The position numbers were made by a program, and so were the translations under genes. A stretch of 64,000 nt of DNA from an uncultured Gemmatimonadales bacterium (GTDB lineage: Bacteria > Gemmatimonadota > Gemmatimonadetes > Longimicrobiales > Gaopeijiaceae). A model generated the notes under the pieces. The model was given only the letters and a program-made list of their open reading frames with translations, was not told the DNA's origin and made no database searches. Within the stretch, counting starts at the first letter, position 1; each line of letters starts with the position of its first letter. Positions 62,546 to 64,000 of this stretch are shown piece after piece. The stretch covers positions 352,001-416,000 of the forward strand of contig CAWGKG010000018.1 of the NCBI GenBank assembly GCA_963823035.1, given 5' to 3'.

Positions 62546-64000
62546 GTGCCCCAGAACGGGCCCGAGCACGACCACTGGAAGGTCGGAGCGGCTTCGACGC
62601 TGGCTTGTGCGCTGGCCACGGCGGGGGGGTGGGGTCTCAGCCACCTCGGTCACGCCGGCTTGGGTCAGGCACTCCTCGTGGTGGCCTACGCGGCCGGCGG
62701 GTGGGACGCCTTGCGTCGCACCGCGGGAGCGCTGCGCCGCGGTGAGATGGACGTCGACCTCCTCATGCTGCTCGCCGCCGCCGGCGCGGCCATCGTCGGG
62801 CACTGGGTGGAGGGCGCCATCCTGCTCTTCCTCTTCTCCACCGGCAACACGCTCGAGACGTTCGCCTTCGGCCACACGCGGCGCTCGATCCGCGCCCTCA
62901 TGGAGCTACGCCCCGACGACGCTTCCGTGGTCCAGGACGGCGCCGAGCGACGCGTGCCCGTCGCGGAGCTCGTACCCGGGCAGGTCGTGCGCGTCCGTCC
63001 AGGGGATCGGATTCCCATCGACGGACTTGTGATCGCCGGCTCATCCCGCGTGGACGAGTCCACGCTGACCGGTGAGCCGCTCCCGATGGCGAAGCGGGAG
63101 GGTGCGGAGGTCTTCGCGGGGACGCTGAACGGATCGGGTTCCCTCGACATTCGCGTCTCGCGACCCGCGAACGACAGCGCCCTGGCGCGGGTCATCCGCC
63201 TGGTGGAGGAGGCGAGCGAGGCCAAGGCACCGACCCAGAGTTGGATCGAGGCCGTGGAGAGTCGCTATGCCCTCGGCGTCATCGTAGCCTCCACGATCGC
63301 GGTGCTGTTGCCGTGGCTGGTGTTCGGATGGGCCTTCCACGACGCCTTCTACCGGGCGATGACGCTCCTGGTGGTCGCCTCGCCCTGCGCCCTGGTCATC
63401 TCGATCCCCGCTACGATCGTCTCCGCGGTCGCCAACGGGGCGCGCAAGGGCGTGCTCTTCAAAGGGGGTGCGCATCTCGACGCCCTCGCTTCGGTGCGCG
63501 TCGCAGCCCTCGACAAGACCGGTACGATCACGCTCGGACGGCCCGAGCTCGTGGGTGTGAAGGCCCTGGAGGAGGCCCTGAGGCCGGCGCGAGCCGCCAT
63601 GGTCGGCGCAGACGGTGAGGGAAGCGCGCCCGCGGCCGAAGGCGTCGAGGACGACCTCGTGCGCCTCACGGCCACCGTCGAGGCGCTCTCGGAGCATCCG
63701 CTCGGCGACGCGATCGTGGAGGCCGCGCGCAGTCGGGGCCTCGCGTTCGCCGAGCTGGAGGGTTTCTGGTCCGAGCCCGGCAAGGGGGTGGAAGGCACCG
63801 TCGAAGGCGCCCGTGTGCGCGTCGGCCGACGCAGCTGGGTGGAGGAGGGCGTGGGCGCGCCCCTTCCTCGGGAGCTGGCCTCCTGGGTCGTGGAGGAGGC
63901 GCGCATGGCGGCCACGCCGGTCTTCGTGGCCGTGGACGGGCGACACGCCGGCGCCCTCGCGATCGCCGATCGCCCGCGCCCGCGGGTGCGGGAAGCTCTG
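62546..64000 (+). CDS. Heavy-metal P1B-type ATPase, P1B-4-like (SPC motif), 3'-partial; absent from the ORF track
   Basis: GGAGG RBS and GTG 62546; manual translation gives DVDLLMLLAA, PGDRIPIDG, DESTLTGE, VVASPCALVIS, LDKTGT and SEHPL. Confidence 0.92.
   Translation, partial: MPQNGPEHDHWKVGAASTLACALATAGGWGLSHLGHAGLGQALLVVAYAAGGWDALRRTAGALRRGEMDVDLLMLLAAAGAAIVGHWVEGAILLFLFSTGNTLETFAFGHTRRSIRALMELRPDDASVVQDGAERRVPVAELVPGQVVRVRPGDRIPIDGLVIAGSSRVDESTLTGEPLPMAKREGAEVFAGTLNGSGSLDIRVSRPANDSALARVIRLVEEASEAKAPTQSWIEAVESRYALGVIVASTIAVLLPWLVFGWAFHDAFYRAMTLLVVASPCALVISIPATIVSAVANGARKGVLFKGGAHLDALASVRVAALDKTGTITLGRPELVGVKALEEALRPARAAMVGADGEGSAPAAEGVEDDLVRLTATVEALSEHPLGDAIVEAARSRGLAFAELEGFWSEPGKGVEGTVEGARVRVGRRSWVEEGVGAPLPRELASWVVEEARMAATPVFVAVDGRHAGALAIADRPRPRVREAL

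Overview
This is a very GC-rich, gene-dense bacterial chromosomal window. The gene order (lepA-waaF-ROK, DUF58-BatA-mfd-PPIases-pdxA-ftsEX-envC-holB-moaC) suggests a Gemmatimonadota-like diderm; this is inference. Most of 1-48.9 kb is housekeeping: purD, mutM, cysK, a UbiE/MenG methylase, Mrp/NifU, a BY-kinase, pruA, lepA, mfd and guaB. About 16 reading-frame breaks are all consistent with single-base insertions and look like sequencing errors, not pseudogenes. The best candidate for an undescribed system is the accessory block at 48.9-60.3 kb. Two lipase-type hydrolases there are transcribed divergently from a coupled operon encoding an alpha-dioxygenase-like heme enzyme, an atypical P450 (Arg-Ser in place of the acid-alcohol pair, no redox partner), a small conserved protein and two RoxA/MauG-like di-heme cytochromes c. 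Together these suggest a bacterial fatty-acid oxygenation (oxylipin-like) pathway. Other signals: an ECF sigma operon whose promoter motif ((T/C)GAAAC-N16-GCGTAG) occurs three times, a 180-bp MITE that separates a gene from its RBS, a STAS/GHKL kinase-like pair, a sigma54-type promoter ahead of a CxxCH-containing secreted protein, and a Fur/PerR-like palindrome ahead of a P1B-4 ATPase missing from the ORF track. No rRNA, tRNA, CRISPR array, transposase or integrase was seen.
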